Below are positions 12,487-25,146 of a DNA stretch of 60,000 nt, piece after piece. Made by a program: the position numbers and the translations under genes. Below the pieces are notes generated by a model. That model did not search any database, had not been told where the DNA came from, and worked only from the letters and a program-made list of their open reading frames with translations. The stretch is from Lama glama (Eukaryota), in contig CM052817.1 in NCBI GenBank assembly GCA_028534125.1, forward strand, positions 6,698,001-6,758,000, written 5' to 3'. Positions within the stretch are counted from its first letter, which is position 1; every line of letters begins with the position of its first letter.

Positions 12487-13083
12487 AACCTCCTTCTTTT
12501 TCTGGATTTCTACTCTGGAGAGCTGGGCACATCATGAATGGGACTCAAGTCTTGCCCTTTTAAGCTGATGTTCTTCTCCAGGTGAATCTGAGTAGCCCGC
12601 TTCCCCAACCCCGGCCTTCAGGAGTCCTGTCCACGTTGTGCTCACTGCTCTGGGTCTCCCTGCTTTACCCCCCTCCCTCCCCCGGGGCTGCAGCACAAAC
12701 GGCTCAACGGCCTGCCATGAAGCCTCCTCTCCGGCCTCCCTTGGGTCTCACTGGCCTTTGAGGATGATGGAGCCTTGGGAGGGTGAAGCACTAGCTCTTT
12801 CTGAAGGAGTCCTTCCAAACCTCTGGTCCCTAGACTTACTCGGGTCTGAGAATTCCGGGAAGCCCTGGGCTGTCAGCCCCACCCCATCGTGTCTGTTAGG
12901 CTGCTGCGCTGACCTCTGACCCTGGCCTTTGCTCTGCGCTATGCTCTTGGGGCCAGACAGGCTCCAGTTCTGGATCTGATATCTGCTGACTTTTTTGTTA
13001 GATATGTTATATGGCTCCTCAGGAACTGATAGGCAAGTGGTGATAAAACAGCCGTGTCGCAGAACCTTCAAGACGTTGCAAAA

Positions 13084-13298
13084 GACTGGGATTTCAAAAT
13101 GCAGAACAGATAAACAAGATTATACTGTACAGCACAGGGAAATATTAGAAGTTCTTATGGTGGCTCACAGCGAAAAACATGTGACAATGAATATATATAT
13201 ATGTGTGTTCGTGTATAACTGAAAAATTGTGCTGTACACTGGAATTTGACACAACATTGTAAAATGACTATAACTCAATAAAAAATGTTAAAAAAAAA
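13084..13298 (+). mobile_element. Young lineage-specific L1 3' end, 5'-truncated, with poly(A) and TSD
   Basis: gtacagcacagggaaatat...acaacattgtaaaatgactataactcaataaaaaatgttA9; flanks ttgcaaaagactggga and ttgcaaaagattggga. Confidence 0.9.
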
Positions 13299-13748
13299 GT
13301 CATTGCAAAAGATTGGGAAGTACCTTGCGTAGCCTTCATCTCATTTGGCCAACTTATCTGAGGTTCTAGGAATCCACGCACTTCAGTATTCATTTCAATA
13401 GAGCTGTTTTTCTTCAACAGTTATTTTTGTGTTCTCTCTAAAGAATGTTACCAGTTTTTTAAAAAAAATATTTTTTGTGATAAGTTTGAAGATAGTTGCT
13501 TGGAGGACCACCTCATAATGGCATGCTCCAGGCGATTTTATTTCCCATGTTTGTTTAGTTTTTGTTGTGTTGTCATCAACTGGTATTACCTTTATTATGG
13601 AAAAAGAACCAAAATAGAATTTAACATGGAAATAATGCATGTATTTTAAATAAAAACTAAATGACATCACAAGTCACAATAACAAGTTGCATAGAGACAT
13701 GCATCAGAAGAACTGAATTATTAAATCATATCAAATCAAGAAAGATAG

Positions 13749-13775
13749 AACACACATACACACACACACACACAC
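13749..13775. repeat. (CA)n microsatellite
   Basis: Read directly. Confidence 0.9.
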
Positions 13776-14349
13776 TTTGCCAAAGTAGCCATTACAATAC
13801 TTAACATTTCAAACACTTTTAGTTTCAGCAAAATTGGCGTTAACTAACGTGTAAATCTAATGTTGAGCCCTTGGAACATAATGGTTCTAAGTTTTGTTTG
13901 ATGACTTTGTGAGTATTTTCAGGTTTTATACCAGTGTAAGAGCGATAAGCATAAGGTGATCATAATGAGTTTACGTGCCTGCCTATGTAAGTTGCATTGT
14001 AATAAAATTATGCAGCGAGCACTAGGGGGTCCACGAGAACGTTTTCCTTGCAGATGGAATCGGTACGTTGCTCAAGTTTGAGAAGCGCTGTTCTACCTAC
14101 AGAAACCAGGCAAACTCTCAGGGAGCCTTCAGTGGGCGTTTATATACCGGCTGAAGGCCTGTCTTCAGGCCACAATGACAAAATGAAAAGGCGAGAAAGA
14201 CTTTCTTATGCAGGACAGGAAGCTATACATGAATAAAAGACACATAAAAGTCTTGTGCAGTAACTGATTTAAAATAATGAGGACAGTGTGGTTTACCAGA
14301 AATGGATTACTCAAAATATGAGGACGTTTTGGGGGCCCATTTTTAAGAA

Positions 14350-14525
14350 TATAGGCCTGGGAGAGAGAAGGCCTAATTTAAATTTATGTTTCTACTCCAT
14401 ATCTTTCAAGACTTCCCATTGGCTGCACAGCTTAACGTTCCTAAGCACTCAGTTTCTTCAGCTCTAAAATATCTACTTCATAGATTCGTTGTGTGGGTCC
14501 GATAACACTGTAGAAGTGAAAGTCC
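14350..14525 (+). mobile_element. MIR SINE
   Basis: cttaacgttcctaagcactcagtttcttcagctctaaaat is the MIR core. Confidence 0.65.
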
Positions 14526-15224
14526 TCTGTCGGCCGCCGAGTCCTGTGTGGGTGACAGTGATGCTACTATATTGCATTTTGTTAGATGTTCATAAAGGGT
14601 CCCTGGAAAATTTTCTAATTCTTTGCAATTGAACATCTCAGCAAGAAGATAAAAAGCCCTGGAATGTTCAAGGTCAGTGAAATGAGCAATTCTTGCATCT
14701 AATCTAGGCTGAGATCTTATCAAATGCATAGTTGACGTATTCTACAAAACCGCGGGGAGATGGGTTTAGACCAGATCTCTAACTGATGCGAAATTTTAAT
14801 TTTTTTCCAACAGATTTTCATTGTGTTAATCACTAAGTTTATTTTATACATTAAAATGAAAAAAAAAACCAGTTCCTATCTGTGCACACATATATTCCTA
14901 CACACACTCACCCACAGAAACATCCAGGTCCATCCATGTATTCACATTTCTATAGGGACACACACGGTCATGTGCTTACACATGCAGGACCCACCTGCTC
15001 ATACATGCCCTGCTCACTCTTGAATAGATCCAGTGCTCATTGGCCATAGTGGTCCAGAGTCTCTCATGATTAGCTTCCACCTGCTTTATGAGAACAGGGC
15101 AAAGATGCCCTGATCTTTCCATCTCACAGCATTTACCTCAACCAGGGGTGCCCCAACATCTTATTCTTTAGATCATCCTTAGAAGGCATTTTGGGAGCCA
15201 CAGAAACACATTTCAAAGTCAGTC

Positions 15225-15350
15225 CCTCATAACTTTGAATTATGACCTTGAGTGAGTGACTTGATCTTCTTGAGCCTCAGTTTCGTTGACTGCGATGCGG
15301 TGGTAGTGAACACCGCCTCACAGACGTGAAGGCGTTAGACTCAATGATGT
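15225..15350 (+). mobile_element. MIR SINE fragment
   Basis: tgaccttgagtgagtgacttgatcttcttgagcctcagtttc. Confidence 0.7.
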
Positions 15351-15439
15351 ATGAGTTCCCTCTATGCCCTTTTCATTCCATTTGAAGCTAACTGTCTTTG
15401 GAATGATGCATCTATGTGGACAGTAAGTGACACAGAGAT

Positions 15440-16190
15440 GTTAGGTGAAATCAGACAGGGCTGAGCCCTCATCCAAGATGGCCCCAGGATCCTTAGTGGG
15501 AGAAACTCATGGATCTCCTTAATGCTCACTTGTTACCAGCCTGGCACCCTTCCTGTACATCTTCTCAGCTCTTATCTCTTTAGAATTAAACTTTTTCTTT
15601 GCTTGCGCAGATTTACTACTGTTTCCTGATTCCCAATGGCCTCACTAGACATGGCTTCGCCTCAAGGCATCCTCTCAGCTTCTGACTCCATCGTAATAGC
15701 TGTAGTCTCACCATGTTGCTCAATTCCACACTTGTAAGAGAGGAATTTGATGTCAGGGCTCATCTTTTTCACACCAGGCCATACAAATTTAACTTTGGAG
15801 TCCCATGGACCTGAGATCAAAATCCAGTTCCGACATTTATTAACTCTGTGACCTAAAGCAAGTTGCTAAACCCTCAGAATCTCAATTTCCCCGTAGTCAT
15901 ACAGAGAAAATGATGGCTCTTACCTCCATTGAATTGTTGTGAGGGCTGGATCAAATAATGTATGGTAAGTGCTTAGTCTAGTCCATGGTATATATTGAAC
16001 CATAAAGAAATGCTGTTCTTTAGTGTCAGTTCTGGTCATAGACCAGAGGTCAGTCTAAGAATAGGCTGTCTTTTTGCCAGGTGCCTACTTCTGGCCCACC
16101 AGTCGCGATCACTGGTCAACGGAGGCCATGGGTTATCCCCTTAGACAAGAGTGTCGGCAGACCAGGCTTTCCGTAGCCACATCTACTCAA
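15440..16190 (-). mobile_element. Old MaLR LTR (MLT1K/L-like) split by a MIR at about 15790-16025
   Basis: gagaggaatttgat...gctcatctttttcacaccaggcca stops at 15781 and resumes as ggtcatag...ggctgtc...caggtgcctacttctggcc. Confidence 0.55.
15790..16025 (+). mobile_element. MIR SINE, near full length
   Basis: ctttggagtc...gacctgagatcaaaatcc...tgtgacctaaagcaagtt...ttgttgtgaggg...aagtgcttag. Confidence 0.85.
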
Positions 16191-17169
16191 GGCATCAAGA
16201 GGTTACACAATGTGATTTCCTTTTATTCAGCATAGACTTAGAAGACAATTCAATAAGATCAGTGTGTGCATATATGACTGTGAAATAACTTTGGAAAATT
16301 CCATTAATGTTCAAAAGATAAAAACTTCTTTCCCCTGACCTATTCCCTGCCAGTGGGAAAGAGAGAGGTCATCTGAGAAATATTAAGAGGGAGATATTCA
16401 CAGAGCATTAGGATGACTCCTCAAAGCAAACCTCGGGGCTGGGCAGGAGAGGCTGAAGCTTCCTGACGGTGGTGACATAAGCTTTGAAGAGAGAGTGTAA
16501 GTTAGACAGGTTAGCGAGCATAAGGATGGGGCAGTGGTACTTGCCAGGGAGAAGATGGCATGTCCCACTGTGCCCTTATGTGTGGCAGATACACATCTAA
16601 GTGTTCAAAATGGGAATCCCTCTTCCACAACCCAGTTTTCCTCAAAAACGTGAATGACAACCTAACAATTTTAGTTTCTCAATATACACATCTCCCTTCA
16701 CAAGGTAGTTTGGGTTCAGAATCAAGGAAATTTGGTGTATTGTTAACAATGACTACTTTGAAGAATTTAATAAGTACTTGCCGAGAGTCTAACCTATGGG
16801 TTGGACCAAACCTTACCTGTTATTCTATAGATTCTACAAGAGGGAGCTTCCAGGAAACTTGTTGATTTTGAGCAGTCACCACAGGAACCTGACTGCTTTC
16901 AAATCACCTTGAAATATTTCTGGGCTTCTCCGTGGAGAGTCAGACAAAGACTCAATAGTCTCCCACGTCCCCGGTGTTTCTTCCATGGTTCCCAGCACCG
17001 AGGTCTCCCTGGGGGCACTGCTTCAAACCTGAGGGTGGCCAAAGCTGGGTAGCCTGAGGCAGGCAGGCGGAGGAATGCCTCCCTGATCTGGGGTTTAGGG
17101 TGTAGCAAGGGTCCCCGAGCAGTTGTGCTTGGTTCTTAGTGTGAACCTGTCAAACAGGTATGCTTTTAT

Positions 17170-17720
17170 TCTTTGGAAAAGCAAAAATTGAAAGATACGG
17201 AAGCAGAAAGAGAGTAATTTAACAACCATCTGTGTACCTACCATGTGTAATCAACAGGTATTAACATTTTACAATATTTGCTTCACGTGTTGTTGGTAAT
17301 AAAATAATGTTACTGTCAAGCTGAAGCTCCCTGCCTAGTCCAATGCCATGTTACCCACTCCTTCCCAAGATACAATTATTTGTTAGGATGAACTTGATGT
17401 GTATATCAAAACAGGATGAATTTGATGTATAACTTACCAGTCACATATTTCTACCTTTAATCCATAAACTGTATGCTGAAGTTTGAAAAAATTATACAAA
17501 TATTATCATATAATATTCATCTCTCTGAAATTAGATTTCATTCAACATGATTTTTTTAAAAGGTCTGTGATGGTGCATTTAAATCAAGTTCATTTGTTTA
17601 AATTGCTGAATTGTGTTCCACTGATGGATGTTTAAGTTGAGTTTTTAGAGTTTCCTACATCTGTCTTACAAAGACGCAAGCATCACATCCTTTACAAGGA
17701 CCTAGGCAGATTCAGATGAA
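17170..17720 (-). mobile_element. L1ME-type 3' UTR
   Basis: ttaacattttacaatatttgcttc, ttcattcaacatgattttt, agttcattt...attgctg, tgatggatgtttaagttg. Confidence 0.7.
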
Positions 17721-18359
17721 GGTATAGTAAGCCAAAATGTGGTCCTGAGACAGCCGCAGTTCTCTCTGGATGATGGCTATTTATTTATTTATGTATTTAT
17801 TTTTCCCTCCTGAGTTAGATTTACCATTCAATACACTTTTTTCTTAGGATAAATTTTTATTTTACTCATAATGCTATATATAGAATTTTTAAGGCCATGG
17901 AACAACTCCCTTGATAGTTTCATATATGCCTGAACTGCAGGGAACATAAGTTGCAGATTTCCATGGTCTGCCTCTTCAATTTCAAACATTTTCATATATG
18001 CCAAAAATCAGCAGCAGAGTCAAGCAGAATACCCAAATTCACTAATAATGCTTCAGAACTGTCACCCTTCTTCATTATCCATTTAATTATTCTCTGTCCC
18101 TTATAGGAATTCCCATATACAAAACTGATTTATCAAACACTCAATATCACTTCCCTTTCTAGAAATGAGAATCACATAAGTGATCATGTAATATTTTTGC
18201 CCTGGCCACCAGGAAGCTCAGAACCAAATTTGTTGCTGAGTCACTGAGAGGAAATTGTGGCCTTTCCTTGATGCTAGAGGTTTACTTTAGCTTCATTGAG
18301 CTCTTCCACAACATATTCCAAAATGCCACAATTCATCTGTAAAAAGAGGCCATGATTTA

Positions 18360-18420
18360 TGTGACCATATAATTATTGTGCAAACTGGACACTTTTAAAA
18401 ATGAAAGGTGACAAAAAAGT
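18360..18420. mobile_element. hAT-Blackjack (MER94-like) half element
   Basis: gtgaccatataattattgtgcaaactggacacttttaaaaatgaaagg. Confidence 0.55.
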
Positions 18421-18431
18421 TAATGACATAC

Positions 18432-18600
18432 TTTTTTTTAATTGAAGTATAGTCAGTTTACAATGTTTTGTCAGTTTCTGGTGTACAGCACAATGTCCCA
18501 GTCAAGTGTATATATATATATATTTATATATATATATAAAATATATTTCTTTTCATATTCTTTTTCATTAAAGATTACTTCAAGATATTGAACATAGTTT
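18432..18600 (-). mobile_element. Young artiodactyl/camelid-type L1 3' end with internal (TA)n
   Basis: T-tract then aattgaagtatagtcagtttacaatgtt...tttctggtgtacagcacaatg. Confidence 0.9.
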
Positions 18601-18704
18601 TTTGAGATATCATGCTCTATATAGAGTCATATGTAAATGAACCTTTCATAGCTCCAAGAGACAAATTTTTGTCTTATTTCAAAGTCTTATTTCAAAGACT
18701 TCCA

Positions 18705-19038
18705 TTTTTTTTTTGTAGTATAGTCAGTTTACAATGTTGTATCAATTTCTGGTATACAGCACAATGTTTCAGTCATACATGCATATACATGTATTCATTT
18801 TCATATTCTATTTCATTATAGGTTATTACAAGATATTGAATATGGTTCCCTGTGCTAAACAGAAGAAACTTGTTTAGCTATTTTGTATTTACTAGTTAAT
18901 ATTTTAGACACTAATGGACTTACTTATCTATAAGAAACAGATTAGAAACAGATTCACAGACATAGCAAACACACTAATGGTTACTGGGAAAAAAGGAGTG
19001 GGAAGGAATAAACTGGGAGTTCAAGATGTGCAAATACT
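18705..19038 (-). mobile_element. Young L1 3' end with 5' inversion (twin priming)
   Basis: Minus segment 18705-18903 joined to plus segment 18907-19038; TSD gacttcca at 18697-18704 and 19039-19046. Confidence 0.85.
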
Positions 19039-19314
19039 GACTTCCAACTTTCTAGGAAAATGCCGATGCTTTTTGATGGGTTTGAGTCTCTGGGTTGCAA
19101 CATCACTCTGCTCCCTTCCTTACTCGTATGAAGCACAATATATGATTTTACCATTTGTTTTTCCTGCCCTAGGATGTAATTTTGTTCCAGTAATGGATTG
19201 AACGAAACCAACCAACCAAACATCATCATCATCATCAACAGTGACAACGGTAACAAAGTACCTTTAGTGACATTTTCAAAACTGGTCTTAAAATACGAAG
19301 ACCTGATCCTTTAT

Positions 19315-19552
19315 TCAAGGTTTAATATGGCAGACACCTGGCCAAGTACTTTGCCTATATATCTTATGTATTTTACTCTTCCACACAGATCTCTGATATA
19401 AATATTTTTTCCTAGTTTTGCAGAGGTGAAATTTTGGGCTCAGAAAGGGAAATTTATCTTTCCAGGGTCACACAGCATGTGCATGGTTGAATGGGGAGTT
19501 TATCACCTGATGGTTTTCCGCCCCAGAGCCAGTATTTGTAACTACTAAGCTC
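19315..19552 (-). mobile_element. MIR SINE, near full length
   Basis: ttttgcagaggtgaaattttgggctcagaaagg...ccagggtcacacagc...ccagagcc. Confidence 0.8.
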
Positions 19553-21126
19553 TCTTATATCAGTAAGGTAAGCACTTTTGTTTTTTTTTTTAAACCAATC
19601 AAGTTTCTTATCAGCATAGCCGCTGACTCAATCATAGAGTTGGAGAGGGCATTGCATTGTTTCAGTAATTATTAACTTAGGAATTGCAACTTGAAAAGAG
19701 GCCTCTTCAGGCCAGAGACATGATTCACAACAAATTAAAACCCCTTATCTACCATTGATTGTGAGTCCTCCTTGCGGACAAGTTCCTGTCCTTTGTCAGG
19801 CAGAGAGGGAAAGAATGTTTGGTGGCACTGGGTGAAGATCTTCAGGTGGCAGGGATAGAAAGGTGACTTTTACTCCTGTGGAAGAAGATGTATCCCAGCA
19901 TGGCTGAGGCTGTGAGGTTCTCTGGATGCAAAGGTCATCGAGGGCTTCGCTCCTTCTCATGGTCAACAGTCAGTTTTCTAAACAGTAGGAGAACAGGGTC
20001 TGATCAGTCCCATCTCCCTCTTCCTCTCTTTTTCCTGCTTGATTTTTCCCTTATTTTTCCCCCTAATCTCTTTCCTCCAGGATCCCTCTAAGCTGTGTCG
20101 CTGCAAAGGGAAGTTGCTAAGATGCTTCTGCTCCTATTGGCCTTAGCTGATTATCCCTCAGCGTCAGGCAGTCCCTCACCCAAGACAAACTGCAAGCCCC
20201 TCACATGCCCTTGGTTCTTTTCAACCCGTCAACTACACAGGCGGAATTCAGCCCTATCTGTTTCCCCGAGGAACCTCAGAAGCCAACAGTCTGTTTTGAA
20301 CCATGCTGCTTCTCCCTGCCCTGCCAACATTTCTCTGATTCTTTCTTTGGTATTTTTAGCCCACTTTTCCCTAGCCTCATAATATTTGGTATTTGAATTT
20401 TGTTCTTATTAAAGATTTTTAAATTTAAAAAATAGAAATTAAATTTTGTCATTATTTTGTTTTTATTTGTCCCATTATGTTGACTTTTGTTTCTCTTTAT
20501 CCCGATTTTGGCTTTGCTCTTCTGGACGAGATTTGCATGGATGTACTGGAAACATCCCTACCATTCGGCAAGCTCAGAGCTCATCCCTCTTAGGATTCGC
20601 TTGTAGAAGGCATCTGTCTCTCTTGCGTATTCCTTAGAATGGTCCTGGAGAATCTAGACAATAAGAGCGGGTTGTCATAATGGGTAACAGCAGAACTTTC
20701 AATTAATATCAATTTAATTTCATATCAATATGACTTTAAGAATATGGACATCTTTCATAGAGCTGAACAAATAGCAAAACCCACAGTCAACAGGTTATCT
20801 AGACAATAAAGACAGTTCTGGAATAACTCCTGACCCCTGTGCACCATAAACTCACAGGCACATAGCAAAATAATCGAGGCAAAGGAAGACTTAGTGAAAA
20901 CTAATAAAAACTCTCTTACTATACAAGTCTGTTTTCTCTTTTCCTTCCAGAAATACCATTGTTTTAGCACAGCTTTTATTCGGAATTCTATTTCATCTGG
21001 CCGCCTTATATGCAAAAACAGCAATGGCCATACACACATATTTCTTGATGTAATTATTCTTTCTCCAGAGAAATGGCTCCTTTGGTATCCAGGGAAAAAG
21101 GAGGCAAATGTGGCTTTGAACTAGTT

Positions 21127-21291
21127 TCTCTACTCAGCACATCGCTGTGCTGGCTCCACTGCACACACGGAGCTCTGGAGGGAGCGCGTCCTGACGCTTG
21201 AGAGCGGCCGAGGCACTTCGCTCTGTGCCTGAAACTAACACAGCATTGTAAACCCAGCATCCTTCAATGCAAATTCAAAAATTAAAATAAA
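21127..21291 (+). mobile_element. Artiodactyl-type L1 3' end, strongly GC-shifted
   Basis: cctgaaactaacacagcattgtaaa...cttcaat plus A-rich tail; aligns by eye to the reverse complement of 33121-33275. Confidence 0.8.
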
Positions 21292-21739
21292 GTAGATGAA
21301 GATGTCATTGAAACAAAACGAAACAAAAAAGAAGCTGGCTTGGAGTTCTTGCCTGGAGACCTTGATGTGTGACCCAGAGGAAGTTATTTAACCACAACTG
21401 AAAAACAGAGCTGATGGGAACACCTTTCAGAGAGGACTGAGACGAAAGGCTCACTGAGACGAAAGTCTGGAAGTCATAATGGTTGGCGACCAAACCCGAC
21501 TGCGACGATTACAGCAATCGTTATCAATCTCTCTGCAGGTGAGCGGATGCAGGGCTGTGGCTGAGACGCTCACGTGTCTGAGTGGGAGGCCTCCACGTGG
21601 GTGTCTTCCTCACTTTTTCTAAGAAAGCGGGGAGAGGATTTGAAGCCCCTTCTCCTCATAACCTGTGTGAAGTCACCCACACTGCGTGATTGCCCTGGCC
21701 GTAAGCTCACGCTAACTTACCCGGGCGTCATGGAGAGAG

Positions 21740-21905
21740 TAAGAAAACTGCTCCAGAAAATGTGGTCCCGTTCCCAGCTCCACCTCCTACTCCCTGTGGG
21801 ACTTTGGACCAATTATTCTGCTCTGTGAATCCCCAGTTTCTTATCTGCAGATTAGAATGATACTTCTCTGTGAAGCTTATTTGTAGATAAATATGACTGT
21901 GCATT
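21740..21905 (+). mobile_element. MIR SINE
   Basis: cccagctccacc...ctgtgggactttggac...ctctgtgaatccccagtttcttatctgca. Confidence 0.75.
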
Positions 21906-22789
21906 TCCAGAACCAGGGGCAGAGACCAGAGTTCATTTCACTCGTTCAGCAACTGCGTGTTATGCTCCTCCTGCGTGCCAGGCATTGTGCTAGGATCGTT
22001 GAGCGACAGCAGGGCGGGGGTCCCCTGCTCCCTTGGAATTTGGAATTACTGGAATTTTACAAATGTGTTCAGAGAATATGAGAAATTTCCCTTTTCCTTT
22101 CATTGCTTCGTATGGGAACGCGTTACAATTTCTGATGGCTTTGGCCTTTTAATGTCTGTACCCAGCCCCACAGGTGAGCCTCAAGTTCAGCATGCCTCAG
22201 GCAAAGCGATTATCTTAAAGCCAGGAAGTTGAGAGAAGTAGTTTCAAGCTTGAGGGAGTCCTGAGGTGGGAGGGAGCACAGAGAACATGGCAAAGAGGGT
22301 TCTTTCGTGGGAGCACTTGGGGAGCTGCCAAATTTCTAATAAGAAATGAATTTGCCTTTATTTAAAGAAGGGAACGGTACTTTCCCACACTCAGGAGGAA
22401 GGAAAGACTGTCTGTCCTCTGGCTTTGGTACCAGCCCTGCCTCTCCAGGAGGGTAGCTAGAATGAGGAACAAAAGTGATGAATGCAGGCCTAGCCTTAGA
22501 CAACTTCCTAGACAAGTGAAAACAGAAGGGAGCAAAGTGTGCACTACTGGAAGGAATGAACTCGAATCCAAAAAAGTGCACCGCACCTTAGCCTTGCACA
22601 CGCGCCGTGTAGTGTGGGCTGGGAGGTCAGAGAGAAGAGGGGGCTAGTTGCTAATACTTAGCCCCAGACATGGCAGGATGCCTGGAGGTCAGCGCCTCTC
22701 TCTCTGTCTGCCTCTCTATTCTCCCCAGAGTCCCCCACAGTTAGGTTGGGACACATGCAACTGGGCTCCGGTCAATGGTGTGTGTACAG

Positions 22790-23970
22790 GGTGACTATTT
22801 CAATGACTCAAGTGCCTTCTTAGGTACCAGCTCCTGTTCTCAGCCTTGGGGGCTCAGCAGGAAACACGACCGGCATAAACTTCTGCCCTCACGGTTCTTA
22901 TGTATCCTGGGAGGGTGAAGCAGACAATGGACATGGAGAATAAGTAAAATCTATAGTAAAATATGTGATTCAGTCAAATATATAAACATTCATTCGTGTA
23001 TAGCTTATATATAACTTATTAAATATACATAAAATATAAATTTTATGTATAATTTCCTAAATAGAAATAAAACTATACATGTGTATGTATACATATGATA
23101 TATACGTGGGGTGTGTGTGTGCATATATGTTACAAAATATAGAGACAGTGATAACTGCTAAGCCAAAATAAATTAGGTAAGGATGATCTGAAATATCAGG
23201 AGAACAATTTTAAGGAGGGTGTCCATAGAGGTCTTGTAGAGAAAGTGAATTCTGAGCAAAGAGGTGAAGGAAGAGAGGGTTCTAGCCATGCAGAGAGCTG
23301 AGGAAGGAACATTCCACAGTTTCCACAGAATGCGATAAGGCTGAGGGCTACAGTGAAGGGTATCATTCAATAAGGAAGGAGACCAGGGAGGGGACAGAAG
23401 TTTGGGTCATCTGTGGCCTCAAAGGCCACTTTAAGTTTGTTGGCTTATAGTTTGAGAGAAATGAGGAAGCCTCCGCATGAGGCATGAGATGTGACGCACT
23501 TCTTAGAACGCGAGACTCATTCAGGTTGCTGTTTTGAGGACACACTGGGAGGGACTTGGGAGACAGAAGCAGGAAGACCAGTGTGGAGGCTTTTCCCAAG
23601 TTTCAATCAACAGACAAGACTGACTTGGACCAGGAGATGGGACAGGAGGAGGACGATGGGATCAGATCTAGATGTATTTTAGAGGTAAACCAATAGGATT
23701 TGCAGATGCACAAAATCTGGGAAGTGAGCATAAGGCAGAGTCATGGGTGATGCCAAAGCTTTCGCCTGAGCAGTGAGAGGGTGGAGCTGCTCTCACGGAG
23801 ATGGGGAAGGTTACAGGAGGACAATGCTTGGGGAATATCAAGAGCTCAAGTTCAAGACAGCCAGTGGATCCAAAGTGTGGGGTGGAGGTCCAGTTGCAAG
23901 ACACACACTTAGAGGTCAGCAGTGATAGAAGTCATCACGTCCTTCAGACTGGACCTAAAACCATAAGGCT
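22790..23970 (-). mobile_element. L2 3' region with an AT-rich low-complexity insert at about 22960-23140
   Basis: tctgccctcacggttctta, aggaaggaacattccacag, gaagcaggaagaccagt, atttagaggtaaaccaataggatttgcagatg. Confidence 0.85.
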
Positions 23971-25146
23971 GAATGGGGTCACTTTCTGTTCCTTTGTCCT
24001 GGGTGGTTGAGTCACAGGTGCGGTGGCAGAAAGGGAATGAGTCAGCTCGAAGAGCAGGGATTTGTGAACGGAGAATGACCTTAGAGGCCGCCCACCTCCT
24101 GGGGAAAATTTTCTGGACTTCCCAGCAGACCCCACAGAGCATTAAAATAAACACACACAAATCAGAACCAAATAGTAAAACAAAAACACTTTATGGGAAT
24201 TTTACCAAGTAAAAAATTTAGATAAATTATTGACTAGATTGCTTGATAACCACAGGGGGAAGGTGCACCTTACTGCCCCGAAACTGGCATGTGTAATGGT
24301 AAGTGTGAATGTTCTGATGATTCATCCACTTTCCCCAGTCATAGGTCATCTGGGAACTCTGGGGCCATTCTAATGCCAGTCTTAGTTCACAGGTAATTCC
24401 AATAAAGTGAAGCAGAATTCTTTTTCCATTGAAAGCTGAATGATAACTTAACAGGTTAACGTAGAAGTCAATAATTCAATGCATGCATAGGCCAGGCAGA
24501 AAACATTTAAATGGTAATGTGCTTGGACAGGAAGGGTAGAGGTCATGGCAGTCTGCAGGTAACAGTGAATACCTAGTTGAGTGTTAACATGCAGAAATAG
24601 ACCCTCAATTTTCTGCAAATATTCAAGAGTCTAGAAATCTGGATTTTATGTGGAAAGGCTTTCAATACTGGCATTTCTTTGATCACACATTGTGTACATG
24701 AAGTAAAGCAGGCCTCTTGTCTAGTTGATGCTGACTGGACACATTTTCTACCACTAATTGTCTGTTTCTGCACAGCCATTTATTGAGAAACTCTCTGTGG
24801 ATACAAGTGAGTCAGACCTGCAGGATTCCCACCTAGCAGGGGAGGTAGCCAGATGGACAAGTGGTAGGGACACTTTGGGTCTGTAAAAGATTGCTTGAGG
24901 CAATATGGGAAGAGCAATTATCCCTGCAGGGACAAGCCACCGAAGACATCACGGAAGAAGTGGGATTTGAGTTAAACCAAACTTGAGGGATGAAGGGATG
25001 GTAAGGGGTTAGAAGTTTGCCAAACTATTGCGTTTGGTTAGTTTATTCTTAATGCCTAACCATACTAATCTATTGTCAATGAGAGCAGACCACTTATCTG
25101 TTATTTTTCATTAAGATCTATGATCCATTTCAGCCACTCACTACAG

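Noticed and set aside
11593..12563. The four longest ORFs (179-293 aa)
   Set aside because: They stay open only because they run through the 500-N gap.
14016..14034. CTCF-like gcactagggggtcc
   Set aside because: Two mismatches at key core positions.
22960..23140. AT-rich quasi-periodic tract
   Set aside because: Decayed (TA)n/(TG)n microsatellite inside an L2, with no repeat-spacer structure and not CRISPR-like.
24255..24304. ATG/GTAAGT strong donor closing a possible 43-nt exon
   Set aside because: The acceptor has no pyrimidine tract, and isolated donors are expected by chance.
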